From Cercozoa sp. M6MM (taxonomy: Eukaryota; Protista; Endomyxa: Ascetosporea), in the NCBI GenBank assembly GCA_040357565.1, contig JBDODJ010000111.1: DNA of 37,328 nucleotides. The stretch is one strand, 5' to 3'. Within the stretch, counting starts at the first letter, position 1. Every line of letters starts with the position of its first letter. Of the stretch, positions 1-13,320 are shown in pieces. The notes under the pieces are model-generated. The model had not been told where the DNA came from. It ran no database searches and was given only the letters and a program-made list of their open reading frames with translations. A program made the translations under genes and the position numbers.

Positions 1-2
<2 letters not shown>

Positions 3-82
<80 letters not shown>
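3..82. repeat. (GT)n microsatellite inside an intron of the giant gene
   Basis: About 40 GT units are seen directly. They lie just past the minus-strand donor GAG|GTAAAA at 99. Confidence 0.95.
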
Positions 83-83
<1 letters not shown>

Positions 84-99
84 CGTGAGTGTGTTTTAC

Positions 100-3000
100 C
101 TCCCCGCGGAAGACAAATGACAGCAGGCGGAACAGATTCATGAGGAAGTCGAGAAGTGCATCCAGTAGTTTCTGTAGCACATCTGCGAGTGCCTTTAACG
201 CCGCTTTGATCACAGCGAAAGCTGCCTCGGCGACGTTCTTAATAGCCTCCCAGATTTTGCTGAACGCCTTTTCCAGCCAAGCGACGCCGAATAACTTGAA
301 GAGTGCAGCAATGAAACTGAAGAAGCCAAGTGTTCTACGAGGAGCCCGCACCACTGCGAGGGTTTCAACGGGAGGCCCTGATTGTCGTTGCAGACCGCCT
401 TGACGTTCGTGCAACCAGTCGGCAACGCCGTCGCCGTCACGCATGCTCTGGTATAACTCCCGTAGCTCGTTCTTCGAGAGTTCGCCACAAAGCGAATGCA
501 GCAAGTTCGCGAGTTCTCTTTCTGTTCGCTGCAGTTCGTAGCGATCATCATCGACTCGTTCCAGTTCCTGCCAGCGCTGCTCTTCGTGTCGCTCAATCGA
601 GCGCCGGATGCTATCTGCGCGCTTTCTGGCACGACCCCTGTCGGTGGCGACCAAGTAGCCGTGCTGAAGTCGCGAGGCCACGCCAAAATCGTCACTGTGC
701 AGTTTCTGCGTTGCTTCGAGTTGCCACTCGAGCCGCTCAATCGCGTCGTCGATCCGAGAAACCACCAGGCGCCGCGTGTGCAGGGACTCGCGCAGCTGGT
801 CCATTTTTTGTTCGAGTGCGCGAGCAGCTTCGAAGACTGACGTCGATGTGGCACCTATAGCACCTCCGATCGCATCGACACTGCGCAACCGCCGCTCTTG
901 CGCCAAGCCATCACGACTACTGATCTTGTTGCGTCGGTCAGCTTGGTGCGCATTCGAATCTGACTCGTCCTGCTGGTGCTTTGCATCAAGTTTATCGTGT
1001 GTGCCCTTCATCTCGTTGTTGACCATCTGGTTCACGCCGCCTCCGTTGGGCCCATCCTCGGCGCGGTCGTTGAACGCCATCATACTCGGCACGTTGATAT
1101 CGCTACCTGCCGCCACAATGATAAGCAGCGCAGGCTCGCCTTGTACCGTGTTCAGCACCGCTTCGTACAGCGACACAGCGGCGCGGAAGAACACAATGAC
1201 CTTAAAGCCGAGGATGTCGGCCGCCAGAAGGAAGAAGTTCATCGTGTTGTCGATGCGAATCGCGATCAATACTCGCGCCAACTCGATGGAGCCGATTTTA
1301 GCAACGGCTTGCGCCGAAAAGCGGAACTTGAACAAATCCGGCTGTTATAAATTTACATAATTAATCCTATTTTATATGAAAACTGAGATGCCGATGCAAC
1401 AACGTACCGAAATTTGAATGTCAAAGTTGAGACCCGTGTAGTAGATTTCATCGAATGGCAAGCACTCACCTCGCTCTCTCAGGATAGCGATGACCTCTTG
1501 TGGAGTCAAGAACGTGATGGGATCAGGACACGGTCTCTCCTGCCGTTGCAAAGGCAGCCACATACTTGAGGCAAGGAAACCATAGGCTGGTGTACAGTAG
1601 TTGGTTCGAAACGCAACGTCGCGTTGTTACGTGCCTGTGTCGTGAGATCCTCGCAGGTGGGAACCTTGGCACCTCGCATTGATAGTCGACGAATCGGCGT
1701 CACCAAGTTCACAGGTGCACGACTTAACTCAAAGATGAAGAACTGAATCCGCTCGAAGCCTCCTCTCATGATTAAAAGGAAGGGCCATGGCACGCCAATG
1801 GCACTCAGGATTTGTCCGGCACCTTGCGAACCCTAAGTGTATGCAGTGTATTGTACCTTTATAGTCATAGGAGTATCAAGTAACTGACCTGTGAGGACTG
1901 TGTTGGCTGCTCGTTGCTCGGGTCTCCTCGCGACAGTAACTGCAGCCGTACGTAGAGATCACCCTTGAAAAAGTCGAACAGGTTGAACTCCGTGGCCTGC
2001 AAGAAGAGGCCGCTCATCCAGACCGTGGTGGCGAAGGAGATCGGAATGAAGCCTGGTACGCTCAGAGCAAACCCGTACTGCAGCTTCTTGACCGAAAGCT
2101 CGAACGGCAGCTCAAAGTCGATGATGTTCTTGATTAGTTCCTTCAAATCAAAGTTGACCAAGCCATAGGCCATGACAACATCAACGCCGGCGGGTGCACG
2201 AATGAGACCGTTTGGGTTCAGTGAGTTGAAGAACAGCGCCAACGAAATCTCAAACTCAGAGTAGCGTGCGCCACAAAAGACGCCAAGACGGTAACGCACA
2301 TCGACAATGTTCGGAATGGGAAAGCCAAAGGTAAGGCCGCATGGTAGCAAGGTGAGACCTTTGATGCCCAGGAAGTCGACTACTTCGTCGCGGCTCTCGA
2401 CTGAGGCGATCAAAAAGATGCCTGAGGTGGCGATTCGCAGTCGGAGCTCCCCGAACAGGTCGAGCGTGTTCTTGTCGGAAGCTTCGTACAATGCAGTTAG
2501 AGCAAGTGCCACCTCCAGTGAGGCCGAAGGCACAGGCTGCGAGAAGACCACAACGATCTCAAAGGTGAACACGAACGACACGATCTGGAAGGTGCCGTGC
2601 TCGGTCATGTCGTCGTCGTTGCGAGTCTTTGCCACGGCAAAGTTCAGCTGGATCGTGAGTGTGCGCTGAATGTAGACAGCACCGCTGACGACTACTTTGA
2701 CCCCGAGTTCGTTGACCCACTCGCTGATGGGATCGTCGCTGTTGCCTCCCAAGTACATGGCAAACTCCAGGGCACGTGCTTTTGCCGCGAACTGGTGCTT
2801 GAACCCATCCGGAAACGTGATGGTGACTACTTGCTTCGGCAATACACCCTTGTTGATATAACCCATGACCACTTTGCCAAAGTTGAGGAAGTCGACGAAA
2901 CTGAAGGCGTCGCCAAAGATAGTGCTGAGTCGGAACTGTCGTACGTACAGTGCGAGTCGCAGTGGGTGGTTGAAGTCCAGAGGTGTCACAATCGGTTGCG

Positions 3001-6000
3001 CTCCTGGCGGAGGCATGTTGTTCTGTCGCCACCGAGTCGGGTCTCGCTGGCACCTGCACAAAACACATCAAGGAACTGACGGCACAGTGCGTAGAAAAAA
3101 GCTACAGCGTGCAGGCAGTCTTGTTGACGGCCAGTGTGACAGGATCCATAAAGGTACATTCCGGGCATAACTGAAGCTTCTCCGTTGCTGACATCAAACG
3201 TGGTCTCGCACTCTAGGGGGAGGGGTAATCGATATCTCCAAAGACACGGGGGGAGGGGTATCGCAGTAAATATACCTGCCATGTCTTGTCGCCATCAACT
3301 GGACCCGACACGAGCGTGACGAGGTCGGGCCGATCAGGCCCAGAGATCATTCCGAAGAAGAACAGTCGGTCCAAGATGCCCTCGGTCACGAGTTTTCGCG
3401 GATCGAACTCTCCGCAGCGACGCACACCATCCGCGGTTATCTGACACAGCGCTCTGGTTTCCCGTTCTTCAAACTGCCGGTACTTGGCGTCGTAGGTGAC
3501 GATTATTACACTGGCGCCAAAGGATGTGCCTTGCCCACCTGGTGCAGCTCCAAAGGCAACAAACACCTGTGCGCGAAGCAAGGCCCAGAAGGTGAGAATG
3601 TCGCCGAGGATGGGCGTGTCTGCCAGGGATAAGGCGTTGTTGGTGAGCAGCGAGATGATGGCTGCCATCGTCAACACCTTGTTCGGAGGGAACCCATTGT
3701 AGATGAGTGACACACCAAACGCGCTCTGGTAGGGCACGTTGCTGTACCGCACCACCAGCTCGAAACGGAAGCTGAAGAATGTGAATGCTGCCTCAAACTT
3801 GGCCATGACGGAAGATGCAGTCGGTGCACGTCCTGTGACGCGACTCACTGGAGCACCGGCGAATTTGTGAGCCTGCCGTTCCACAGACACGCGCAGGTAG
3901 GTGAGCTTGAATTCGCCGAATCCGAACTCGTATTGTGGCTGTGCGGGTGAGCACGACACCTGACCTGCTGCGATCAGCTTCGCCACACGCCGCGCCAGCA
4001 ACTCGATCTGAGAACGCTGCGCGGTCAGCACTTTCACCGGCATCAGTCCGGCCTGCCGGGTCCAATCAAGTCCGCCACTTGTTGAGATACACCAGGCCTT
4101 GTAGACGCACGAACGAATGTTGTCCCCGTCAGTGGGAAACGATGGACTCGGGCAGAATTCGCTACGAGGCACTCGCACCTTCCAAAACTGCGTGCGTCCT
4201 GTGACATCTCCTTCCAAACGCCGTCCAGCAACTACAAAATTTGGTTGCGTGCTCGGCAAGCCAAACAAGATGTTGGTAAACGCCATCTCGAATTCCTTCA
4301 TTGTCGCATCTGCTTGCAGCACGAGCATTCTCTCACCTGCTGGGAGTGTCGAGATGTCAATGCCCTCGACCCCAGTGCCCATGGTTCCGTTGGTCTGATT
4401 GGTTGTTTGGAACCGCGGGGAACCGCTTCGGTCGTCTTCAAATGCATCGCCATGCCACAGACGACGAAGGATGAACCGTGTCGCGTCTTTGTTAATCGAT
4501 CGCTGTCCGAGCCGTGCCTCTTTGATACTTTCCCAGCGCACCTTTTCGATACGCGCATTTCTGGTGACAATGGCCGACATGTTTGAAACCGCCGTGGAGT
4601 TCAGTGCCTCCAGTTGCGAGCGTAAAGCAGTCAAATTGGCTACCAGTCTCTGCACTGTCTCCATCGTGTTGGTGTCAGTCATTTCGTCAAAGGATGAACC
4701 AAACTCAATCGCGAAGTTGAGCGCACCGAAAAAGCCACGCGTGCCTCTCGGCAGTGTAAACCGCTGCATTGGGAAATTCACTTGGCTCATGTCGGCGGCG
4801 ATCAGTGGTGAGGGGCAACCCTCCTTGCCCAGTCCAATCATAAGGTTGTCGGTTGGCACAACAGGCACTCGAAAACGCAGCTCGTAGACCTGGAAGCCGT
4901 CCTCACCCACAACTGGTGTGTCACTGCGAAGTGTCGCACTCATGAGCAAGTTCGTCGGAGCTCTCCTCGCACACTTTCGCTCGCGCAGCATGCAGATAGA
5001 CCCAGAGCACGCTTTCCAGGCATTGGTCGTATCGGCGCTACCATCGGAACCACAGGACTCGTCATCCAGCATGATGGGAATGCCTTGAGTGTTGGGCACG
5101 AAAAAGTCGTCGATTGTGAAGGAGCGGTTGAAGCCGAGCATGGAACCTGAGAGGCGTGTTGCACTCGTGAGCATGAATGTGACGAGGGTGGTCTCCAACG
5201 CCGGCCAGGAGATGCCAGGTAGCACGATGCCTCGAACTCGCTTCGGTCGCTGCCAATCGGAAGACGTGAAACTGACCGATGCTGGGGAGAAGGTGAGGGC
5301 AGCCAAGGAGTCGCGCGGGGTCGCCAGCACTTCTTCCGCAGGCGGGGTCATCAGGCGAATTTCGACCTCGATAATGCTGTCGGCCGTGGCTTCATTGACG
5401 CTAGGTGCTCTGCCGTCAGGCCGAATTACGTTGTTAGCACTGATCAGTGTAATTGTGTAGGTTCCTGGCACGCAGTACTTGGTTGAGCCCTCTGCCGGTG
5501 GAAGCGGCGCACATCGCACGTGCTCGTTCAAGAAGCGTCGAGGAATCGGCTCGTTGAGACGTGAACCAGTTGCATTGAGTGACTTTCGAGGTCGTGCTAT
5601 GGGTTTGGCATAGTCCTCTCGTGCAACCGCAATGAGCGGGTCGAGTGGCGATCCTGCCGAAGGACTCATCATCATGCGCTGCGTCGCATTTGTGGCATCG
5701 TTGCATGTCTCATCGCTCTGACACGGCACGAGCTGCTTGCCTTCATATACGTTAAAGCCGGTGTCTCGAGGGACTTGAAACTTGCCCGGCTTTGGAACAC
5801 CGCAGGCTTGTGCACGAAGAAAGGCACTGTTGCTCCGCAGCACCATACAGAGCTCCCAGAAAAAAATAAAACTATCAAACTCGAAGACCATGAAAGCGAA
5901 CGCTTCGATGCGGTAGATTTTGGTGCCTGCCATCGATGGAGGACCCAGGGCTTGCAGGAAGCTGTTGGGAGCAAGCTCCGCGCACACCTGCCAATGCAGT

Positions 6001-9000
6001 TCTCACGATATGGGGAAACAAGGTCGACAAGACCGTCATAGTAGGTTGAACTACCGGACTGGGCACAGGGATAGCAGGTTCGATCATGTCTGCCTCACGC
6101 CATTGAATACTAAACACAGAGGGGGCGCCGACGGCAGCATTCTCCTTGAACTGAACCGGCGTCGTGAGTTCCGCACGAAACTGGAAGGTACCAGCGCTTG
6201 TGATACGTGCAATAGCTTTCAACCACGATTGGCGCGACACCATCTCTCGTACCAGTCCCGCATCGGTTGCAAAGGAGCGAAAGAGGGCCAAGTTGATACC
6301 GCGGTGAATGTCAATTTGACTGAAGACGAACTCTTGGGCTGACTGCTCGGAGGGCTGGTTTTGCTGCGACACTGGGACCAACGGGATCAATGCAGTCGTT
6401 GGAACCGTCGAATAAGCAATCACCGGTGACGTGAAAGAAGGTGAACCAACAGCCTCGCCGCTGGGAAAGTAGCTTTGCTGCCCAACATCGTAGGAGCTGA
6501 GCGGCCGCGCAATGATAAACATCTTGGTGGCTGCGTTGGGTTCATCGGGGTCGACAGGCCGATTGACTAAACCCTCGACATGGTAGTTGAGATCGCTGGC
6601 GACAATATCTGCCTGAAATAAGAGATTCTTTCGCTTCGGTTCCGCCCAGACGATGAGGCGGTGGAGACCTCCCACAAACAAGCGAAGAAAGTTCGTCGCA
6701 ACGGAGGACAGCGCATCGATAGTGATGTCACGTAGTCTTCCGCGACTCGAGCCTTGGCTCGGCATCGGCTGGTTCACTCCAGCTGTCGCATTGCTCTCGG
6801 TTGCCAGACGGACCACCTCGTTCACGTTCAGTTCAGTGGTGTTAAGGGTAAACACCACCAAAGAGCCCGAACCAGGACACTCGTCGTAGCTGCCCTGACC
6901 AAAGATTGTCAGTTGCCCGAGGTCTGGCGGAAGGTTGACGGAAGATGCCGCATCGATCAGCGTTGGAGTGCCGGTGTCGAGGTTCGGTCGTGGGCGCATG
7001 TTTTCTGTCATGCCTGCCATGTTGTTCGATTTGTTGACTTCTAGAAGAACTGAAACGTTGTAAAATGCCGTCAATTCACCGCACTGCGCTGCCTCTGGGT
7101 CAGCAGCGAAATCTGGCGCAGTTTCCAGAGCGTTACGATCGAGCTGCGTTGCAGACTCGCCGTCTCCGCCAAGTGTAGCTTCGTCTTCGGAAAAGATGTT
7201 GCTCGCTCCGAAACGCGGCTGACTCACATAGGATCTCTTGTATCGATCGGAGCCAGCCCACGCCGGGATAGGAACCGCGTCGGAAGTTCGTTTCACAAGA
7301 AAGGCATCCAATGCAAACACTTGCAGTGTCGCCTGTCCGAACTGTACAGCAAAGTCTCCGAACTTTTGTGCAGTCACAAAGATGTTCTATCTCTCCAGAC
7401 ATTCGAAGCTGTCCAACTGACTGCCTGAGTGATTTCTGCAGTGCTTCAATCTGTGCTTCCGACGGTGCATTCTTAAGTGCAGTGTTAAGCTGATCTGTTG
7501 ACGGCGTCGAATCGTTCTGTGGCTGCGATAAGCGTGCTTGAGCATCAAGAAGTTGCTGTGTGCTCGCCATCGACATGTTGCTTCCGTTGGCAGTGATGGC
7601 CAGAACGTCGTTGATGGGAGGGGTTCCCATCAATCCTGGTCGCGCCATTGCGGTAGTGTCGAACTGAATGAAGGGGTTACGGTTGCGAAGAAGGAAGCGC
7701 ATTCGGTCCATCTCAAACGCGCCGTTGCCGAGAGTGAGATCGCGGAGCCAACCTTCGAGCTCCATCACGCCGTCGTCGCGAACAAAGCCAAAGATCCGGC
7801 TTTCAAACGAGCGTTCATTGCTCATAATAGCCGTAGGATTGTTTATAATCGAGCCGTTCTCTCTCATGTCCTCGAAGTCTTGCAGCGAAGGCGTGGAAGC
7901 TCCCGGACTCATCGATTTGAGAGGTCGCATTGCGTCAGTGTCACCGCTTAGTCTCGCAATGACGTTTATACCGCCTAAAGTGAGAACAGACACGCTTAGC
8001 AGGTATTAAATGCACCCACACCACCAATAACGTAAAAGTTACACTCGACAGGTATCCGTGGATCGAGACCGGGAATCGGCTCATTTAGCTGAAGCATTCC
8101 ACGCGAAGGCGAGAACACAACTGCACCAAAGCCGTGCAAGTCAGGGAGTCGAGGGTCGTAGAAAGGTAGTGATCGGAAGCTCATCGGACGCGGCACCTCA
8201 CCAGACAAAGAAGACGCACTCGTGCTTGTTTGGCTGGTACCAGAACCCGTGCCGACCATTGATCCATCTCCTACACCAGAGACTGCGCTGGAACCGGCGG
8301 AAGATGCACCTCCTGAGCGCTCGAGCGAGTTTGGAGCCTCGCCGGTTTCCGTCGTCGCCACATCTTGCAGGGCAGGCTCACCAAAGGCCGTTATCACAAA
8401 GCGGAGCTGCGTGAGAGACGCAGACAGTGTACAGTTCGCGTTTCGAGCAGTCACATTCGGATCAGCACGAAGTGTGCGATTGGCGTTTTCACTGAGGTTG
8501 AATCTGACGAGCTCGGCGAGTGCTTGAAACCCTGGATAATGCTCGGTCTGGTTCTGTGTCACTTCAAACGGTTCATGCGTGCTTTTAACACGCACGGTGT
8601 TCACTTTGACGTCTTGGACCAAGCCAAGTTCCTGGAGACCCGTATTGTCGAACGGGACATTGCCAATGGGCACAGGGTTGGAGGAAACAGCCTGCAATGG
8701 CACGCGCAGTTGCCGTTGCTGAGCGACAAGACCTCCTTGCGGGGTGCTTGCGGGATCTCGCCATGCAACGCGCACTTGCAGCTGCAGTTCTGAACGGAAT
8801 GGGACCACGCGTCGGAGTCGTCGAGGCAGCCGAAACACGAACTGTGCGACGTTGCGGAGACCACTTGTTGGCGGCGGGAGGAAAACAATATCACTCTCGG
8901 ATACGATGGAGCCGGAAGAGTCGTTGCTGGAAAAGTGAGCGTCAAACCAAGGCACCATGTAGCTGTCCAAGGTCGGGAACTCTTTTGTCAGATTCAAAAG

Positions 9001-11607
9001 CGAGACGTTTCGCGTCATCAGCGCGAAGCCTTCGAATGGTGGCTGAAAGGAAGAAATCTTCACCTGCACGCCCAGGTCAGCAGGCAGAAGTTGCTGATTC
9101 CCAGGCCACCCGCTTGCGCCAACAGAGCACTTCTACAAAATCGTTCAAGGGTGTGTGTCTGAAGCCGGTGAGTGCATGAAGATAAGACCATTCCTCACCC
9201 ATTCTTCGACTGAAAAGGCTTCGTCAAAGCTGCGATAGCGAGGTTCGCATGCAAGGTCAAGTCTGCCCTTCGACTCCACGGGATCGTTGGCTTGGAGCAA
9301 AGCAGCCGAATTATCGTTGTTGCGACGTCGTGCTGTTCGAATGTCGTTGCTCGTCACTGTTTCCCGCTGCTGCACATCGATGTCACTCTTGCGAATGAAA
9401 AACTCTTCGTTGCGCACTTGGTAGGCTCGGTGGTCACCAGCTATCAACTCGCTCGGCACGAAAGGCAAGGATATCGCCTCGCTAGAGTTACTTACAAAGT
9501 TGAACACGCGGTTCAGACGCAGTGTGATGCGAGTTCGCTCGACGGTGACTTGCTCCTCGTTGTTGAGCAACTGTTGGCGGAACTTTCGAACTCCAGCTTC
9601 GCCCACAAAACCGTCTCTGAGAATGACAAGTGCAATGTCAGGTCGCACTCCAAACCGAGCCCAATTAGGTCCAACCAGCGTGATTTGCAGCGTGGTGTTC
9701 ATGGTTCGGATGGCACGGTCGGTACTGGCGGTACCAGTGATTACGAAGCCAACGTCAGTTTTGAAACAGCCAAACACAAAGGTCAGCACTGCCGCTGCCA
9801 CGAAGGCCAGAAACACAGCGTACAAACCTACTCGCTGTTGCGCGGACGCGGTTGCTCCGAGTTTGACGGCAAGCATGAGTGTCGCCACGGCAAAGAAGAT
9901 GAGGAACACCCCGAGTGTGATCATATACCACGGGTACTTGCATGCACCCTCGTCGTAAAAGCGCTGAGGTGCATCAAAGAGGTTCCATCCACCAGGCGGT
10001 GCTTCTTCAAGCTGTCGCCGCGCGAAAGCGATGCTCGGAAGTACGCACTGGGCTTTGTTCTTGTACGCACCGGTCGAGTCGTCAAAATCAACTGGCACCT
10101 GAAACGGCGTTGGTCGGTCCTCTGGTGCCAGCCACACCAAGGTCTGTGGATCTTGATTGTAGTACGCTCGCAGCGCAAACACAGCAGTGTTCTCTTGTGA
10201 GGCCGACTCGTCAACGTAGCGAAGTTCACCTGAAAGAGACGCCGAAACCATGGGAGTCATCATGCTGTCGAAGAAGACGATGCTCTTGAGGTTTGACACC
10301 AACGGTCGTACCGATTGGTTTCTCGCATTTACGACTGAAGGAGGACGCCAAATCGGGAAAGCACTGGTGTTGTACAAGGGAGAGCCCACCAGCGGCCACT
10401 GCTGCAGGTTCATCGAGAAAATTCGCCGTTCCGCTGACAGCGAGGCACGCGCCGTACCGACCATGCGAAGTGCATTGCATGGCTCCTTCACTGGGTCAAA
10501 GCGAAAGTTCGCGATGGCATGAACAAATGCACCCCAGCACTGGCCAAAGGTGCCGTTCTCTGTTCGGAACTGCAGCATAAGCGAGTCAAACATGAACTGC
10601 TGTCGCGCCAGCGAGCGTGTCGCATTAGTCGGCATAACCATTGCGCCGGCTGCAGGTCCGAACTGCTGGCATGTCGAATTGATGTCTGAGCGAATCGTCA
10701 GATCCAGGCGCGGTGTGAAGCGTCCTTGAACTTTGAACCTCGTGTTAAAAGGGAGTGTATCGTCATCGAACAGCTCGGCGTAAATCGCTTGTATGAGGCC
10801 AAACACTTCAGCCGTGCCATCAATGAAAAGACCTGCATTGCACGGTGTTGGTCAAACAGCAGTGACCCACATTTGTTCTATAAAATTACCTGCGCTCGGA
10901 CCGCTGCTGGCAAACTCAATGGTCTGGACAACAACGATGCCACTGGTAGATCCGTCGGGGTTTCGACAAATGAAGTCGGGAAACACATCAAACGGAAAGC
11001 CGCAGATGGTCTGGTCAGTTCCGCCGACTGCCGACAGAAAGTCGCCAACAAAGAACATCTCCTCGATAGTGTCACCACCCCGAACAAGCATTCGTGCATT
11101 GACCATAAACCGCCTGTTCATAAACACGAGCACCCCACGCAAGCACAACGACATGGAATCAGGGACAACGTTGCCTCCAGGGATCTGTGATTGGCACATT
11201 TGCAACTGACACTGCTCGAACGAAATCGTGTTGTTCGAGCTTTCGCCCACAATCACTGACAGGAGAAACAAAACGTCCAGGTCAATTCCTGCCAAGAACG
11301 CTGCACCAGCGCATTCAAGCTCTGCTCGGTTCAACTGCTGCAACCGCGCACTTCGGCGTTGTTCACCAAAGGCAGAAGTGTCGTTTCTGTCAGTCAAAGA
11401 AGCAAAAGGCCGAAGCTCGCCCTGCAAGTGTTTTCGAAGCAGTGCGTGCTCGGACAGAACGTTCACGTGTGAGTACAACTCGTGACCCGGCATCGACGCC
11501 GGCCATTCTTGACTTCTGTGCGACGAACACAGAGTCGCGAGAAGCAACATGGGCACCAAAGCGGCTCCACTTCGAACCAACACCACGAGTATTCTGTAAA
11601 GTGCCAT
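100..11607 (-). CDS. Giant multi-exon secreted/membrane protein (>3,600 aa, 3' end outside window); beta-strand-rich modules, internal 2-TM hairpin, C-terminal coiled coil and amphipathic helices
   Basis: The long minus ORFs join in frame through GT-AG introns at 10833-10889, 9133-9198, about 7979-8028, about 7342-7417 (uncertain), 5988-6054, 3213-3275, 3054-3105, 1833-1888, 1540-1595 and 1342-1407. The last exon, 1341-100 (414 codons), is open and missing from the ORF track. ATG 11607 begins a signal-peptide-like N-terminus, MALYRILVVLVRSGAALVPMLLLATLCSS. Confidence 0.85.
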
Positions 11608-11811
11608 GTATGCCACCTAACGCCTAAATACCGATTTATGACGAACAGAGGCATTTTGATTGGTTTTTTCGTTTTTGTTTGGTGGACCAAATTCCTAAAA
11701 AACCAACCGAAAGACTCCCGCCGGTCCGCGCCTCCGCTTTGGCCTGCAGATCTGACGCCGCTTTCTAAACACCGACCTAGACTCTTGGTCGAAACAGACT
11801 GAACGAACGAA

Positions 11812-13260
11812 CTAACTAAGGTCAGTAGCAGCGGCGGTAGTGTCCGCGTTTTGACCGTCCGCGTCGTTGGAAACCTCCCAAGTTCGTTCGAACGTATCTA
11901 CTGCGATGATGAGGTCACGCATCCAGAGCAGGCCTACCACAACACCAAAAATACCCAAAGATGCAATAATACACATGTCCAACCCAAAGATGCAAAGGTA
12001 CACATCTGCAGCCGCAAGCCAGACTCCTCGCCTGTGACAGCATCAAGAAGCACAAACCAGCGCGTGTAACGTCGCAGGTCGTGACAATGCTGCGCCACGT
12101 CGATCACAGTGACACCCAATACATGCCGTGAAGCCAGGTCCACAAGTCGCACATGCAGCTTCATATCACCAGCCGCCTCTTCCTCCTCTATCGGACGGAA
12201 AACCAAAGCAATACAATCAAACAAAAATGCAAAGCGACCAGCATACCCGCAGGATCGAAACTAAGCTTGTCATTGATAATTCCGTCTGGCCGTGCAGCAG
12301 TTGTGACAACCGTACTGCCATGAAAGCAGAGTTCCACCACAGTGCCACTTGGGGTGCAAGTTGCACCGTGCTCTACGTGCCCAAATAACACAGCATGCAA
12401 CGTTTTTTTGCAAAAGCACACGTACCATCACTGAACCCAGAGAGAGCAACGACGTCAATTAACAGCTTGCTCAAACGCAAACAGCCGTGTGAGCGACCCT
12501 TGCGACGGCGCCGGCGACTGCTGTGATGTCGTCGATCACCGCTGCTGCTGTTGATGCTTGCCGACACCGATGCGGACGACGACAGCGACGATGCCGCCGA
12601 CTCTGGCGGCGCACCTGTGGGCTTGTGAATGCACGTGCAAACTCAAGCGTAATTTTCAAAGAGTGCTGGGTGCACCTGCCAGAGGGGAGTGTGGTTTGCT
12701 TGACTGGAACAGGTCCCGCAGCACTGCTCGCTGCGGCGCATGTTGCAGCAGTTGTGGCAACTGCCGCAACCAAGCCACACTGACCTGTCATCGAATATAC
12801 AGTGAGGAACACACACACACACACACACAAGCGCCGTACCTGCAGTTCGCCGACAGTTCGCTCGGTGTCACTTTCATCTAGGTTGCACACGTCTCGAAAG
12901 AAACAACAACCTATCAATCTAATCAATCGTACCATCATGCGGATGCGCCCCGGGCAGGTGCAAGTGCAACCATTGCGTGCGCGGTGCCACCGTCAGCGGC
13001 AGTTCCGTAATGTCCAGTGAGCACATGCCTGCAGTGACGCGAGGTTACAACTAAAAAGAAAACAACAAAACAAGAAAACAAGGTGGGCACCAAGCAGACG
13101 TTGCGCGGCGTCTTCAACGAAAAAGTTGACGACGCGTTCGCGCACGTCAGCCATCAGCATTTCCTCGTCAACTTCGAACGTAAAGTCACCATCCTTCCAC
13201 TTCGGGAATACTGCTGATTCGGATGCGTCCTAAGAGTGCAAACGCATCAGAAGTAACGTG

Positions 13261-13320
<60 letters not shown>

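Noticed and set aside
1372-11616. Stop-codon readthrough or an alternative genetic code joining consecutive same-frame ORFs (e.g. TGA at 10852, TGA/TAG at 9145/9133)
   Set aside because: Each stop falls inside a 50-70-nt GT-AG intron that restores the frame. Confident genes end in TAA, TAG and TGA.
89-11802. Numerous plus-strand ORFs (e.g. 776-1360, 9292-10200)
   Set aside because: They are antisense shadows of the long minus-strand exons and have no recognisable motifs.
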